This document shows, one piece after another, positions 1 through 14,896 of a stretch of DNA of 64,000 nt (position 1 is its first letter; each line of letters opens with the position of its first letter). The position numbers and the translations under genes were made by a program. Under the pieces are notes generated by a model, which saw nothing but the letters and a program-made list of their open reading frames with translations, made no database searches and was not told where the DNA came from. Source of the DNA: Phoronis australis (lineage: Eukaryota; Animalia; Phoronida); assembly GCA_002633005.1 (NCBI GenBank), contig NMRA01000313.1:329339-393338 (forward strand), written 5' to 3'.

Positions 1-1237
1 TAAAGCGTGGGATACTGCGTGATACCTGCGTGCCAGCACGCAGGGAACCAGAGAGCAAATAATTGCATGTCTGCCAATTTGTCACTGTGCTCTAATGTTG
101 TGTACGCGTTAATTTTGTAGAAGACAAGAACTGAATTTTTTAGTTTGAAAATTTAAACGGGTATTCAGTAACACCTGACATAGCCGCACACAACCCGCAA
201 CAGGCATGTCATTGTGTCTGTGGCTACTCCCACGGAATTGACGAGCACAATCTCAAACTGAAAAGGTTTAGCTGGATGCTGACTCTCTGCCACTGGCTTC
301 TCGTTTTTCCTTCAAAGAAGCCCAGTATTTAGTTACCCATTATCACGCCTCCCGTGTCTTCAGCTTTGTGTATAAGACCACAGCAAATGCATAAAACAGT
401 TCCACATTGCAAATCTCGGAATTCCGGTCCTCCACCACTTGGATTTCAAAAAACACATCCCAGAAAAGACCAGTTAAAGTTATACTTAGCGAAGGATGGG
501 TGGGTGAAGAACGGACAAATTCAAAGACAAAATAAAAATGAAATATGAACTTCATTCCAACCTTGGTAAAATTATAGAAAAACAAGAAGTGATAACTTGC
601 CTTATTCGACGAGTAGATTTTTTAAAACGTGTCGCAAAAATTAATAAAAAAAATCGACACTCACTTTCAAATGAAACGGGGTGTCCTTAGGTGATAGTTA
701 TATTACCAAAACTGTGAAAATTTTAGTTTTTTGACATCCGATCATTGTTTCGTAATTTTATTTTAAAACTACACCAGCCTAAACGGTAATAACTGCAATC
801 AGGAAGACGCCTTCTGAGACATGTAGAAAACATGCACTTGTTTAGATTGTTGAACCTTCCTTGCTGAAGTTTGTGGTAAAATAATAGATTTCCACCAACT
901 CATAAGTGCACTCCGAAAATTTTGCATCAAATCGTCCAGATTTCGATGTTTTTGTTCAGTGCTGCTGATTTTTACTTCAATTGATGATAATTACCTGTAC
1001 CACCTGTAAATAGTACTCAAAGTCGCTTCATTATCGACAAACTCCTACGCTGACTTAACACAAATCGGCCATCACTAATAAGTGCTTAATTGCACGCCAT
1101 GTTCTGACAGGAAACAATATGCTTTTAAAAGGTACGTGAAAACGAAAAAACAACTATTTCTAAATATGATCTTTACATGTGGTGAATATTTTCGAGCACT
1201 AATTACCGTATGCGTAACCCTAAGTCGGTTGTATATC

Positions 1238-1398
1238 CATGGGCGGATTTAGGGGGGTCAGGGGTGTCATCCTACAGACACGACAAAACAGAAAAATAAC
1301 GCCGTCGGCATGCTGTTTTTTAGAATCCATACGGGTCTTTTTCCTTCGAAAATCGTCATTGGGCCCATCCTCCTTACGACATTCTAGATACGCTGGTG
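1238..1398. mobile_element. Degenerate hAT-like MITE (CATGGGCGGATTTAGGGGG left end)
   Basis: Left end matches the element at 46397. Right end is decayed (ATTCTAGATACGCTGGTG). Flanks ATATC/ATATA resemble an imperfect 5-bp TSD. Confidence 0.45.
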
Positions 1399-3506
1399 AT
1401 ATACACATTTCCCAGTGCGTGTAAAAGTCAACGTTCTAAAGTTGTTTCGCATTTAGAATAGCTGGCTAAAAATATGACTACTATTTAAACCAATCTCCAC
1501 CTATTGCTTGAAATTCTAAAATTACGTCTCAAACCTTCTATAAAAAGATAGTGTAAATAAGTCTCCTTTATTAAAGCGGATATGCTTATAATGAGCATAT
1601 ACTGCACGTGAAATTACGTAGAATGACAGGTTAAAAATATCCTTTCCCACGGGTGATTTGTTGGTGTTCTCGAGGGTTCTCACGAACTCATATCATCGTA
1701 TCAACGAATCATACGGTAAAAATAGCTGTGTTATTTATGATAGAAATATGCTTTCACCTGATCTACGCAAGCAGTGTGCATAAAGGATTACTTTATTATG
1801 CACTGCTGGGTGGGGGGGGGGGTATTTTGGTAGGACTGAAGTCTTGAATCCATTAGCTTCATGCGTGCACCCAGCCTAAAAATAGGGGGGCTCGAATTTT
1901 TGAGAATGTGTACTTTTTACTAAGATTCACGGGGTAAGTTCAGAGCTATGAATTGTGCATTCATCGAGTTGTAGTTTCTTACTTTTTAGTGGAAATGTGT
2001 TTCGTTTTTCTTCTACTTCTTCGGAGATTTTTTCTCCGAGGATAACTTTATTACCAGAGCACCGTGTTGTTGAGCGTCATGTCTAATTATTTCTCCCAAA
2101 TTGCGTGAGAGTGATGCGGTGCACCAGAAAGTCACCTGGTTTAACGTCATTGGTCTCTTTTTGCGAAAACAAAAGCAAAATAAAAACACATTTACGGAAG
2201 AAAATCGAAATATTTTTAAGGAAAAACTCCAGCAACTGTTGAAGCGTTGTCTGGGATAAATTCGTGTAATTCTGTTCAATTTTGCACGTTTTATTCATGC
2301 CTCATTGGTGCCGATTATGTGTTTTTGTTCTGGATATTTATAGTTTTTGTTTTGTTACAACTTCGTGTACTAGGTACTGCTGTTCGACGTTTTGTCCTCG
2401 CCAGTATTGAGGTCAGTTTCAAGGTTGACCTTGAGCTGATTTAATTCGTTTGCAAGGATCTTCGATTGATTATCTCTGATTCATCATAAAGACTGGCCAA
2501 GCACCCTTTGTTTGGGCGTATGATTAATTTATCACACGTTAATGATATCTGACTTTTTTCGCATTGCGCTTTATATGTTCAGAGTCCACTCATGCGTGAC
2601 GTTCATTGAACCATTTTGCATCAACTTTAATAGTGCTGGTTATGTATCCGGAAAAAAGAACTGCGCGTAGTCCTGTGTTACCAATCAACCTCCTTTAGAG
2701 CATTCACGAAGCAATTTTTTGAGAACGTACCATGAATAAGCACTGCCGTATTCAATCGGAAGGTCGGGCAATGAAGAGCACGTATGCGTGTATTTAGGTG
2801 CAATCGCCTACATGATCATGCAAAACCCTTGGCAAAATCAAGGAATATTTTTCTAAGTAATGCGTGTGAGAAGCCACAAAATCACTTGAATTCAAGTTTG
2901 CATCAGCTATTAGATGGAAAACAAAGAATGGAAAAAGGCAAAGAAAATGCCCAATTTCAGTTAATGCCTGGGATAGTCTCCTGCGTCTACAAGTGAAACA
3001 GACGCATGCCCTACATGCGAATCATTTGAGCAAAAACATTTTGTTTATTTAGGATAGAGGTGCATGGACTTAATTTTGCGCATATGCGATAGGGAATTTA
3101 CAAAGGCATTTTTGGAAGAGGACAGCCGCTTAGTCAGCCTGCGACGTGGTTGCAGCTCGTTCCTTACTTTCGTGTATAATTATATTATAAGAAGTGATTT
3201 CATGGCTTGGGAAGAGCTGGCAGTGCATTCAAAGCATGCTTGGCGCATAAAATGAGCCGATTGGACGGAAGATGGACTTGTTGCAGCTTTAAGGTTTTTG
3301 AATAAACGCGACGCACTATTAAACATGATCTTCTGTTGAAGTAGTTAATGAAATAAGCTCAACCACACGTGACAAACTCAGGGCATTCTTGCTGTGGCAC
3401 TTTTGAAATGGATTTTTAAAAATCGATTTCAACTCGCCATCGCGATCAAAAGTCGATTATTCTTATATGCTATTTTTCTCATACATGTAAATGTTCATCC
3501 TCTAGA

Positions 3507-3852
3507 AGTGGCGTTAAGCCCGTGTTTTCTGTCAAAAATCAAGATTATAAAGGAGTTGGTTTCATCTTTTTTTTCACTCAGTTGAGAAGTGATCTCTGAT
3601 GTCGGGAAAAACTGACAGTTCGCTATATCTTCAGATCAAGCCCATAAAATTTCAGGTCACTACGTGACCGGACATTTTATGAGTTTGGTCTGAAGATTTA
3701 ACGGTCAGTTCTTTGCAAGTCCAGAAATCGCACGTACCTTGTCTAAGGAACACATTGAGAACAACATCGCACGTGCCTTGACGAGTATCGTCTGGTAACT
3801 GGTCTAAATCAAAACTTGGGTTTTTGACAGAAAGCTCGGCTTTAATACCGCT
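3507..3852. mobile_element. Palindromic MITE, family P (other copies ~29905-30190 and ~43712-43935)
   Basis: Imperfect TIRs: AGTGGCGTTAAGCCCGTGTTTTCTGTCAAAAA vs reverse complement of TTTTTGACAGAAAGCTCGGCTTTAATACCGCT. Central hairpin CATAAAAT..GGTCAC-TAC-GTGACC..ATTTTATG. TTAA at the right end. Confidence 0.6.
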
Positions 3853-6800
3853 TTAAGGATTTGCGCTTATAAGAAGAGCAAAAAAAGAAATTCTCAGTTA
3901 AAGGGCATTTCTTCATGATCACCAACAACCTGGAACGACAATCATACACCAGTGAGATTTCTTAACACCCTGCACCTTTCTCAAGGCTTTTAATAACATG
4001 ATAGAAACGATTCCTAGTCCCAAACAAACCGTTCCTATAAATAATTAGGGTAGATCAACCCTTTCCAAAATTGGTCTGCTTGATATCGATTGATTTTGGT
4101 GGTAAAATCAATCTTGACAAGCTAAATTCTGAGTTTTGTTACATGTAATCAGCGGATTTCATGATTCCCAAGTTTTGGTCGGCTGTACCGGTAGTAAAAA
4201 GGAACTTTTTTTTAAATTCTTGTGTTCCCCTCCACCTTTGCTTTGTTCGATGGTAACGTTTGTCGCTATACCAGTACTGCAGAGCTGCAGAATTATCCTC
4301 CATTTTGTTCTTAACTGTGGCCACGAACATTCTCCGCACTTGTTGGCTACTCTCCTCAGACGTTCGTGACTGAACGCCCACGCTTGCAAGCAATCACACC
4401 TACAATTCTACTTAACCAAAACCACAAGACAAGTCTTTCAAATTGTAATTTTTACCCACGTTCACAATCGAAATTTCAGTTATTAACGATCATGTTTGTG
4501 GTGAAACGCACCTGACCCAGCCCATTAAAATGTTTCCTTTATGGCCGGTAAGTAAACTCACTGTATCTCGGGAACCCTTAGGACGATCAAATCCACAAAG
4601 AGACGCGGTTCAATACACGTGCTTTAAGTTGTAGGAACTACTTGATTAAATTAGTTGCTTCCTTGGCGTTCGAGAGCAAATATGGATCGCGGAGAGCTGG
4701 TAAGAGAATAGCAAGGTCATTGTGATTGTATGAGTAGGAGAATTCTTTTGCAGCATTACGTGTACTTGCAGATAAACTGTTGTTGGGTGACTATCATCGA
4801 AGGAGTGCACTGTTGAAAAATGATGGATATATCGCATCTGTTGAACAGTCTTACTTGACAAACTGGACTGGGAATGGACGCTTGGGGAGTTCAGTAGAGT
4901 ATGACCACTTTTCTGAAATCTCAAGCTCATTCTCAGTGAATCGTCCATTGTCGGATCTCCTCCTTGCCCTGAATTCAGACGAGTGGAACCAGTGACCTGT
5001 TCCTCAACGTTCCTGATGAAGCAAGTGTGATCACTCACTTGCTTCGTTTCTAATGCATGGCTTAATTTCGCGAAGACTTGCCTTATTTCGCTTTTCTTGC
5101 AAGAAACTTGCTCGATGGAAATAAGCTCAGTTTTGTGTACTTGACTTTGAAAGGGCGAGGTTTTGGGGTACCTGGTAAACTGCCGTAGAGGCCATTTCAA
5201 AATCCATTCTTGAGACTCTCATACGTACCCAAATTTCTGGTCACTGCCCCCCCNNNNNCCCCCCCCCCCCCCCCCTTCCCTGGCAAATCACCAAATCACG
5301 CTACGTGAAATAGTCTGGAGCTTCGCGCCGGATTAGGGTCGGAGCCTTACTACCATGCTTTAGCAAAACGACGACCAGTGCAATCATTGGTCAGTGAGGT
5401 TGGAATGTTGAATTGTGAGTGTAATCTGTAAACAAAAACACTATTTCATTTTCCTAAGCCGACTTTTCTCTCCGTAAGTGTTCATCGGCCCTGAATTACG
5501 GCATCGGTAGGCCTAAGACACAGTCCCATACTCTGGAACATGCGTTTGAACACACTGATAGTATGTTTCGAAATCGATTGCTCGTCTCGAGTGTGACAAC
5601 TGTATTCTTTTGTAATTCAGTCGAGTTACCTTGCGCTCGTTGGTTTACGCTGTGCTATTGCCATGCATCAATGGGAGTTCGCGAATTGATATTCTATGTT
5701 ATTGTCTATAAGGAAGTAGTCGATTACTTCTTCGGTGTGTGAAGTATTTTTGTGTAAATGCAGTAAATTTTATCAGGCGGTTCCATCGTGATGGTATATG
5801 AGAAAGTCATTTATATATGGCTCAAGTTTTGTGAATTAGAAAGTGTTTGCAGCAAATAATTCATCAAATTCCCATCCTTGGAAGTGACTACATTGCCAGC
5901 ATCATTAAACCTTCCTGTATAGCACTACATATCACAATCTTGAATTCAAAATCAAAAAAAAAACGAGAAAATAGAAGAAAAATGACTTCGACTGAAAATT
6001 TCTTGACTCCACGGACATGAGTGTAACGTATGAACGTACCCAGCGCCAGAGTGTCATGTCAACCAGCACGCGAGTTTCTTGTACTAACTCGAGCCATCTC
6101 TGCGCTTCTCCTATGTCCCGAGAGAAAGTGGAAAGCGTTACAGTGAGGTCAAATACTAATTGACCTATCGCAAGCTCCGCCCCCGTGCGAAATGTCGACG
6201 AACAAACAATAAGTTTTACCCGGCAACGTGTTGTCTGTTGGGTAAAATGGCGGCTTGGAAACGAAGGTGTGTCACGAATGCTGTGTTTTGAATGGTCAAT
6301 TAAGCCGTCACTCAAAATCCTGGCGACAGGTCAACCACCACAAACGCAACTCCTTGCCATACCTTATTGTACCATAAACCACGGGAAAACGAGCACCAAT
6401 GAATGATGACTAATACTGCGATGGGTTGATCCAATTTTACGTAGTATTTTTCGGCCAATAAATGCTTATAACTCGAAATCATTAACATATCGTCAGATAG
6501 TGTTTGCGGTTGTACTTATTTGGCAGCTGATCAGCTGGTGTGGTTGTTTTTTTTTGGGGGGGGTGTTGATATGAAATAGTTGATTTTAAGCACTTTAAAG
6601 TTGTACTGAGCGGTGATTCGGTGGGCCACAAGATGGTAGAGATAAAATGTGAATAAAGCGGTTTATCACGCCAGAAATGACATCCATGACCTCCATTCCG
6701 ACTACGGTATAACCATAGAGAGCAAGGTGTTGTCTTGCGTCATTTGTACCTGATTTTGGTAACCGTCACACAATGAACTCATAGCGTTCGACACTTGTTC

Positions 6801-8716
6801 ACTGAAACGGTATGTCCATAATACCTACAATTTATGCACGCTCAATATACCCTTAAAAGCAAAATAAAAAACCCAATTCAGCCTATCAAATTGGACATCA
6901 AAGTTATCGTGCTTCGATAGCATCGATTTTATTATTCAGACTTACTTTAAGCCGTCAAACTTTGGAAGATTCGGATGTTTAGTGATGACGTGTCATGACA
7001 GTAGATGACGCAATTTGGACCCGGTAATAAGCGTAGACATGCCGTCACGCTGGATCCAAAAACGTTATAAAGACATCAAAATGACGTCATGCTAAACATT
7101 CCTATAGTTTTCTGTGCCGGCGTGTTTTAAAAGGTTATCAATGCGTTCCAGTCTACTTATCTGATGTCTATTTTACGTTTTCTACTTCATTTTACATGTC
7201 ACGGAACATAAATCTATACTTTCAAATACCAAAATCCGAAATATCCGGTATATTGGTGAACTTTTGAAATCACTGTTTTGTTTCTGTGTTTAGGAAAACA
7301 CCGCTCCATGACACTGTTGACCTTCTGCACGCGCACGTGTGATCAAACAACACTCAGGGTCAGAAGGTCGAGTTGAATTGCTTACGCTTGTGGTTAAAAA
7401 CAAACACATCAAAACTTCGATAGCTGTTTTTTCAACATTTTGTGACGGATTTGTACAGCTTTCTCGGTAATCTTAAAATGGTAACATAATAATGGTTTTG
7501 GGAAGAAATGGAGCGACATTAGCCACTGTTGCAGAAAATATTCATTGTAAGAAATGGAACGCATTGGTAGCCTTTAATGGTGTATCCCCAGTTCATTTAT
7601 GTTATTAATTGCCGTGGTTTGGATGTCAGATTTATTGAAGTGCGTCGTATGGTTATCGTATGTCGGCCTATTAACGAATGTTGAATGTATTAATGATGCA
7701 TGATAATTATTTATATCTATTCTATTTTGTATTATTTGTAATATTAAGCATATGTAAGGTGGTCTACATTGAACCTGCGTTTTCCCAAGTTATTTTTTAC
7801 TTGTAGAGATATTAGAATTTTAAAAAACAACAGTCTGCCTCGTGTGATTACAATATGCTATAAACATTTGCCCACCTGTGTAAGGTAATCCTGTTGTTAT
7901 GAAAATACGTTTTATTGTTTCACACTGCAGTAGGCCTACACTTGTGGCATTGGAGGAAATTTGTCTCCTGCCGGTCTCTGACGTCATCATCTCGGCCGTT
8001 CGTGTTTTAATTAGTACCTCGCGCATGTCCACTTATATCTGTAGATGGCACGGCGGGAAATTGACATTAGAAAGCTTGGACTCGTTCGAGACGTATCGCA
8101 TCATTCTGCTTGTCTAATTTTGTTTGTCGTTTCCGCCCACTCACGTCACGTCAATGAAAAACGAAATACGTTCGGATTATTTCCCATCGTTTAGCGGATA
8201 TGAACATGTAAGTTCGTCATCTTTTAGCTCTTTGTGGATTAGACGCTTTTGCAAGTAGGGGTCGAATCAAATCATGTACTGTATCATTCTTTAAATGATT
8301 TATCGTTTCTGTTCGCCTGCGCAGTATTCTATTACTTTCTAACAATGGTCATTTATTGTAAGTTATTTCACTTTCATTTTTCGACTTTTTTGATTGTCCT
8401 ATTATTGTCACTTGATATAGTCATGGTGTTTCAATCGTCAGATTGTGCTTAAAGCACATATAGTCTCGAACCCAGACTCTATTAACATATGAGTTATCTG
8501 GCATAGGTTTGTTAGGGAGCGTCGATAGCCCCCCCCCCCCCCCCCCCNCACACACACTCTCTCTCTCTCTCTCTCTCTTTCATGAACTTGGGGCAGCCCC
8601 CTCCCCCCACTAAAGCGACTAAAGGGCAGTGGTGGAGGACTGGTCGCATGAGCATTTGTGCAATGCCAGATAGAAACCCCTTCGATAGGCCCCTTGTTCT
8701 TAAATGTGGTAAAATT

Positions 8717-9449
8717 GAGCCTGTTAGATCACAAAACAGTCGCAACTGCATATGCTATCGCAATTCTGAAGTGGTAACAATTTGTACGGACATTTGAAGC
8801 ATAATCTAATCTTTAAGTTTCATTAATTTGTGGTTTATGGAGTTGCACAAACTGTCGTCGACGATGCATGCAGCACTATGAAATCATTGACAGACGACAA
8901 TAGCTTGCACCCTAGGCCTACATGTCAGTGCTCAGTTTCGATGTTCACTTGTTTTTACACCGAACCAACACTTCCTTGTCTATTTATTGGAGTCTTCCTT
9001 GCCAACATCCCAGTTTCCGCCATCCTTGACGTTCTGTCAACCTTGACATTTGTCACTGTCTTTCGTCACAGTCATCCTCTTCACTGTTGTCACAATTAAA
9101 CTATCTTCGATGCCAGTCTCTTCAATCTCTTCGCTCCTAGGTGTGAAGAGGCCCCCTCCATTTTCCCCTACTGCCCCGGTCGTCGGTCATTTTCATATTT
9201 TCGTGGGGGCGCAGAACCAACCATGCATCTTTTAGACATGCACAAACCGTAACTTCTCTCGATTGCGACAATTTGTGCTTTGAGGGGCTGTCGCAGTTTG
9301 AGGTTACGACAGTTTGCGCAACCCCATTAACGACAAATTGTTGCATAGGAATATTTCGACGGTTTAGGCTTCGAAGGTTTGTACAAATTGTCACAATTTC
9401 AGGATTGCGACAACTATGCATTCGAGATAGTTTGTGGTCTTATAGGGCC
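8717..9449. mobile_element. Old non-autonomous DNA transposon with ~140-bp degenerate TIRs (PIF/Harbinger-like ends)
   Basis: 8717-8860 aligns by eye to the reverse complement of ~9305-9449 (ATCGCAATTCTGAAGTGGTAACAATTTGTAC vs GTCGCAATCCTGAAATTGTGACAATTTGTAC). Terminus GGCCCTATAAGACC. Confidence 0.65.
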
Positions 9450-10994
9450 ACTTTGATTTGCTACCAAACTAACACTGATTAAACAAAATAATAACAAACC
9501 TCATAATTAAAAATAAGAGCGACATTTTGTTGATATATTTAATACAACGATGCTGAATACGACAAAGGTTTGGCCACACACGCTTGCAGTCAACAAAATG
9601 AACTCAATTGGTTCGGATTTGATTTTCGCGGTTTTTTTTCGAATAACGTGCGTGCACTAGTGCCATGCTGTTCGTAAGCGTAAGGAGCTTTTGATTATTA
9701 GCGGTGGGGGTGGGCATTGTACGTCCCCATAAAATGCTCTCCTGGTAGCACTCCGAAAACGTGGTCTTCTCCATGGGAAGAGAAAGAAGAGGTTTAGGGG
9801 TAACCTTGTGAATGAACTGTTAGAAGTGCAGATACCCTATAACGCAATCTAAACTTCCCAACGAAAGTTTAAACTTTGTGTGTTGGGAAGATCTGAACGG
9901 TGCAAAAGCTTTCTTTTCAGCAGAACTGCGAAGGGATTCATACTTCTTGCACTAAAAAGGCCAAAGGATTGGGTTTTTTAATTAAATAATCCTTTTGCAG
10001 GGGTTAAAACACTTATGTTAAGAAATAAAAGGTACCGTAGAAGTTGTCTAGGGGTAACCGATGGGTTCTTTTATGTTTCGTGTTGGCTCTTTAAAAAAGA
10101 GTAGCGGCATCCAGTCTCATAGACGCTATAGCAAGCTTATGGGAAATTGTAAGTGCTACCTTTTACTGACGTGTTACATTTGACTTTGCATACGTCGCTA
10201 CAGGAATAAATTAAGTAAGTTAATGAAAGAGGTCGCCCCAAAACAGCACTAAAACCTATAATACCAATGATAAATAAAAATTATACATTTTGCACAATTT
10301 GCTAAAGAACCCAGAAATCTGATCGTGGCTGGTGCAAATTCCTAATAAAATCTGGTATCGATTTTCTAAGGTACAGTGTTATCTGGGACGTTTGAAGCAA
10401 AAGTTGGATGACACAGGACTTGTGACATCGCTAGGAAATTGTGACGTAATAAAATCAAATACAGTGTCATCAGTGTTCCCTTTGTCTTTGTCTTTATCCC
10501 ACCTCCTCTGGTGAAGATTTCGCCGAAGACTTCTAAGCGTGAATGAGACTGGTACGCTGTGTGATTTGCGTTCATTTTCAAGACCATTGCACAAAAAGTC
10601 AATCACAGCAACCAGAAGAGGTGTTCACTGTTTTAGTTCATATTTTAATTTTAATAGTAAGAGTTGAGTTCAAACTTTTCGTGAATTGTTATAAAACAAC
10701 ATTTATTTGTAATTTCGGCCTTGGGGACGGAAACCTATCTCTGCCCACCAACTTTTTGGTAGTAGGTGCAGCTCGTGCTCGTACGCTTTCTATACACCCG
10801 TGTGTTTTCCGTTTAAATGCAGGCAAGACAGAAACACGAGAACCGGAAACTTGGCGACGGGTTATTCGCGCTCTATATCGTAATTTATGTTCATTGTTTT
10901 GAGCGAATGAATTAGTAAGCAAACTGGCATCACATTAAAGCATGGTGTCTGTCATCATTTTCCCTTTCCGGTAGTAAACTATGGTCGAATCCAA

Positions 10995-11055
10995 CATGCG
11001 CGCACTTAGCTTAAAAAGGAGGGGGCTCAATCGAGCCCCCCTGTGTGCGCGCATA
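10995..11055. mobile_element. 61-bp hAT-type MITE with 8-bp TSD
   Basis: TIR CATGCGCGCAC...GTGCGCGCATA. Perfect direct repeat GAATCCAA at 10987-10994 and 11056-11063. Confidence 0.8.
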
Positions 11056-14000
11056 GAATCCAACCATAGGCTTAATATGTGGACCACGTTCACTGGTCAA
11101 AAACTAATCTTTCACAGCCACTTCCCACTCTACTTTCATGTTCGTGTTAATAAATCGCGCCAACTCGTCATATCAACTTAACATTGATTTTACTGGCAAC
11201 AATTAATTAAGTAGAGTTTATATTTCACAATCGTGTTCATTTGCTAGACTGAATAACTGTGTTTACACGCGCAACATCTCTGCCTTAGTAACATTTATCC
11301 GTCAGCTCTTACCAACTGTCTCTGGATATCAATGAATACTGAAAGTCGGGGTATTCATCCAATCGATACCACAGCAATCCCCCTAGAGACATCATGAGAA
11401 TCGATTGTGCGAAATAGCTGCATTTTATTCCCTGATCTACTCCATACGAGATCTGTGTAGCTAGGATTTTTTTCTGTGAATCCATCAGAAGCTGTCCCAC
11501 TGAGATGAGTTCTGAAACCGACTTTACAGGAAAATAATCCGTCTCACTTGCCCGTCACGAATTATATTTCGGGATGGTTTTAACATTTTACTATTGTTTT
11601 TATACCGTATCCTATTAATGGATAGCGCTTTGGGTTTGATGAATGTTGTAAACAGTTCATTTACAAATAGATGACTTGCATTCGCTGGCTGTTTTTCATA
11701 TTTTTTATTTATTAACACGCAACCCCAATTTTTCTTCTCGAATTAAACGAAAAGGGATAACAAGCTTATATTAAATCGTCATAAATCAGTGGTTCTGTCT
11801 CGAACACCAAAGCAATGTGATAGCACGTGAAGTTCTCATTTTTGTTGTTCTATCTGTCCAAATTTTGAACGGCCGTCTCTATTTTACAATGTCTTATTCA
11901 GTCGTAGAAAATTTTTACATGATTCGGTTACCGCTTTTACTGTCGGGATCAATATAATCTTGAGCTATTAGCACAAATAGCCTACAATATCGATATTTTG
12001 GTCATGAATTTTTAAAGAGGGTGTGCGCGTCTTTTTTGTTCTATTTAACTCAATTGCTTCTAAGTACACTAACATGTATTTGCTTTGGAACAAATTGCTA
12101 AAACCAATTACACCCTTGATATTGTTGGTTGGGGTTAAATTGTTAGATTCCCTCGCTGGAATTGCGTATTTACTCTAGCAAAGCTATTATTATCAAAACT
12201 GTGGTGATTAACAAATGCGCAGAGTCTAAATTTGTTTCTAATGCTGTGAGCACTTGAACATACATAGTCTAAAAATTAGCAGTACAGTTAAAACCGTCGC
12301 TCATACCTAATGTGCCAGTGTTCACTGATTAATGTTAAAGAATGGAATTGGTCATGGATAAGTTATGTTAAACATGCGATAATATGTAGGGCAAGCAGAC
12401 TGTAACACTGTTAGCTACAAACTAGTCCACCTGCTTGAAGATAAGTGAGCATAACACCGGTGTGAGAGCTTGCGAACACGTCATCTTGGGGCACGACTCG
12501 GATCACGTTATCGTCATGGAATATCGTTTCGCCAGGTCCTAGTGGGTGTGTCCCGTGAGGTGTAATGGGCGTTATTCTGGATGGTTTTCAGTAGAAGACC
12601 ACAATGAACACGAATTATCTAATACACACCCACATTGGAGAATAAATGCACGCTATTAGGCGCGTTGTAACACTTGTTATCAATTGTTTGGTGCGTTGTC
12701 GACTTGTTCGTAAGTTCCGACACTGTTGGTACAGATCATCAGGTAGGCCGATGTGAATTGTTTTAGTTCATTTCAACGAAGATTTGGAAAACTCTAACAA
12801 ATACCTCTAATCAAGAACCGTTTATTGTGTCAGTCGTGTATAAAAAATTATTCTGTTTTTGTATTCGTTAAAGGATTCAGTTGTAAACCAGGTTCTTGCG
12901 ACAAAAAATTAAAGTTCTTCAGAAGCGTTGCTGATCTTCCCGAACAATGCCATCGTCTTCCAATTTTGTTGCTAGGAAACACCAGGAATACTCTTGACAA
13001 CCAAATGGTTTTGATGGCTGAAAATTACCCGCCGTGACAAGTTGCTGATTTGAAGCAATAACCAGTTCCAAGCTAGAAATTATTTCTATTCTGAGTAAGG
13101 AACAAGATTAGGTCTATTTTGTAAGGGCAATTTTAGCCATTATTGGACTTACAACTGCGCAATTCTATGCATGCAAGGCCCTGCTGCAAACTAACCATCA
13201 CTGAACATGCCTTTCGAAGTATACCCAGCGAATACAGATAAAATAAAGTAAATGTCAGTTGCTCTATTAAAAATAATCAAGAAATCAGATATTTTGTCAA
13301 TTTACGTCCAATATTTGTTGTCGGCGGAACGCGAATTTATCCAGGCAGTCAGGATTTACAGTCACAGTGGGGTTGTACATGTGCTAGTACACCACACTAC
13401 TTGGTTACAGACTATTAGTCGTATTCAAAGCCACCCTTAAACCTGTTGAGAGCTGGCTATTTGTAAAAAATAAATCTGCGTCTACCGTTACAACCTTTGT
13501 AGAGTATGCTTGATATTGAAATGCTAAAGCTCTCGTTTGCCTACGATCAGCAAGGTCGAGAAGCCTTCATCAGAATGAGTTATCAATGTCGTGTTTTTAA
13601 ATGCTTGACGACGGTTAATTGATAGATTGAGTTCGAATAGACCGGTGCTTCATATTGACGTCATTTCCTAATCAATCTATCTTCAGGTGTATTGAAAGAC
13701 TTCGTGTGCGAAGTGTCAATCGGGTAGTTTTTGTTTCCGGATCCTTTTTGCGTCAATGTTCTTATTCTAAATTAGCTCACGCTAAAGGTAAATACGGAAT
13801 ACAGTAAGTCAGCGAATGAGCTTAAGTGAACACACATTTCACTGGAGCACTATTGGCTGAGAATAGTGAGTCAGTTCGATTCTGTGGCTAATCATTTGAT
13901 GACGAAACATTCACATTCGTCAAGCCATAGGCCTATGTTGAGCTGTTAATATTCCTGTACAGTGCCTCGTTTCAGTATTTTTTCTAACTGAACAAAAACC

Positions 14001-14896
14001 AAGTAAATGGAACATGCACAAGCAGACTTGCATGTCCATGGATTAGCTCGTCATTTGTTTAAGCCTTACTGACTGACTCAGTGACACGAGCTCTTTTCAC
14101 GATCATGTCCGAAAATTTGGTGTCTGAACGGGCGGTGGGCGGCTGGCCATTTACATCGCAAACGTGAGCTTGCGAGCTCATTAAATTTTTCGGGACGTAT
14201 GTTGAACATAAATGATATTGCAGATCGATTGTGTGCGTCTTAGGGAACTGATTTTAGACAATGCACGTTAATCATATTAAAGCTGTTCCGGAAACTAGGT
14301 CTTAACCGTAGTGTGTTTACGTTTGGTACGTTTGTAAGTAATTTTCCATTTTTAGTTTTAGCTATTCAATGGGAAACGCAGAAGTAGGCCTCCATGAGTA
14401 TTTGGTTTATGCAAATTATGACGTCTGATATCGTTAATCTTACGCGCACGCACAATGCTATAGACTTCTTTTGCGCATTCATAAATTGTTCTTGGTGTTT
14501 CAGTTGTACAGGAAATATTGATAAACTGTACATGTCTAATAAAACATTTAATTACAATCAATAAACCTGCTTAGCTGATAAATCCTCCAATTACATTGAA
14601 CGTAATCTTCGACTGGCTTACAGTCATTAGTCTAGAGCACGTCGATAGCCGATGGACAACCCATTTAATTAAATTTGCCCCAAATCTCTCCGGATTACCC
14701 ATTGTCAATATACAGTTCCGCATATAGTGATTGCCAGACACGCTGAAAACTCTCGATTGACCGAGTCTCGTTAATAGTCACCGCAACAACAGGGCGACCC
14801 GAACCGACAAGGCCGGTGTACATGTTACGTGTAAATGGTTGACTCTTGTTCACTTCTTTACAGATTTCTCAAGACCGATCCATTCGACTGAGCGTC

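Noticed and set aside
1-3400. Short ORFs and TE-like fragments at the window start
   Set aside because: No recognisable protein motifs or paired termini apart from the 1238 element; treated as intergenic or intronic.
5247-5275. Poly-C runs containing N (also ~8528-8548 and ~17410-17424)
   Set aside because: Homopolymer lengths are unreliable at these ambiguous positions; no functional claim is supportable.
14846-14896. N-terminal extension [17 protein letters not shown] on the DIRAS ORF
   Set aside because: It starts at TTG inside the polypyrimidine tract of a splice acceptor; the family-conserved start is MPEQSNDY at 14897.
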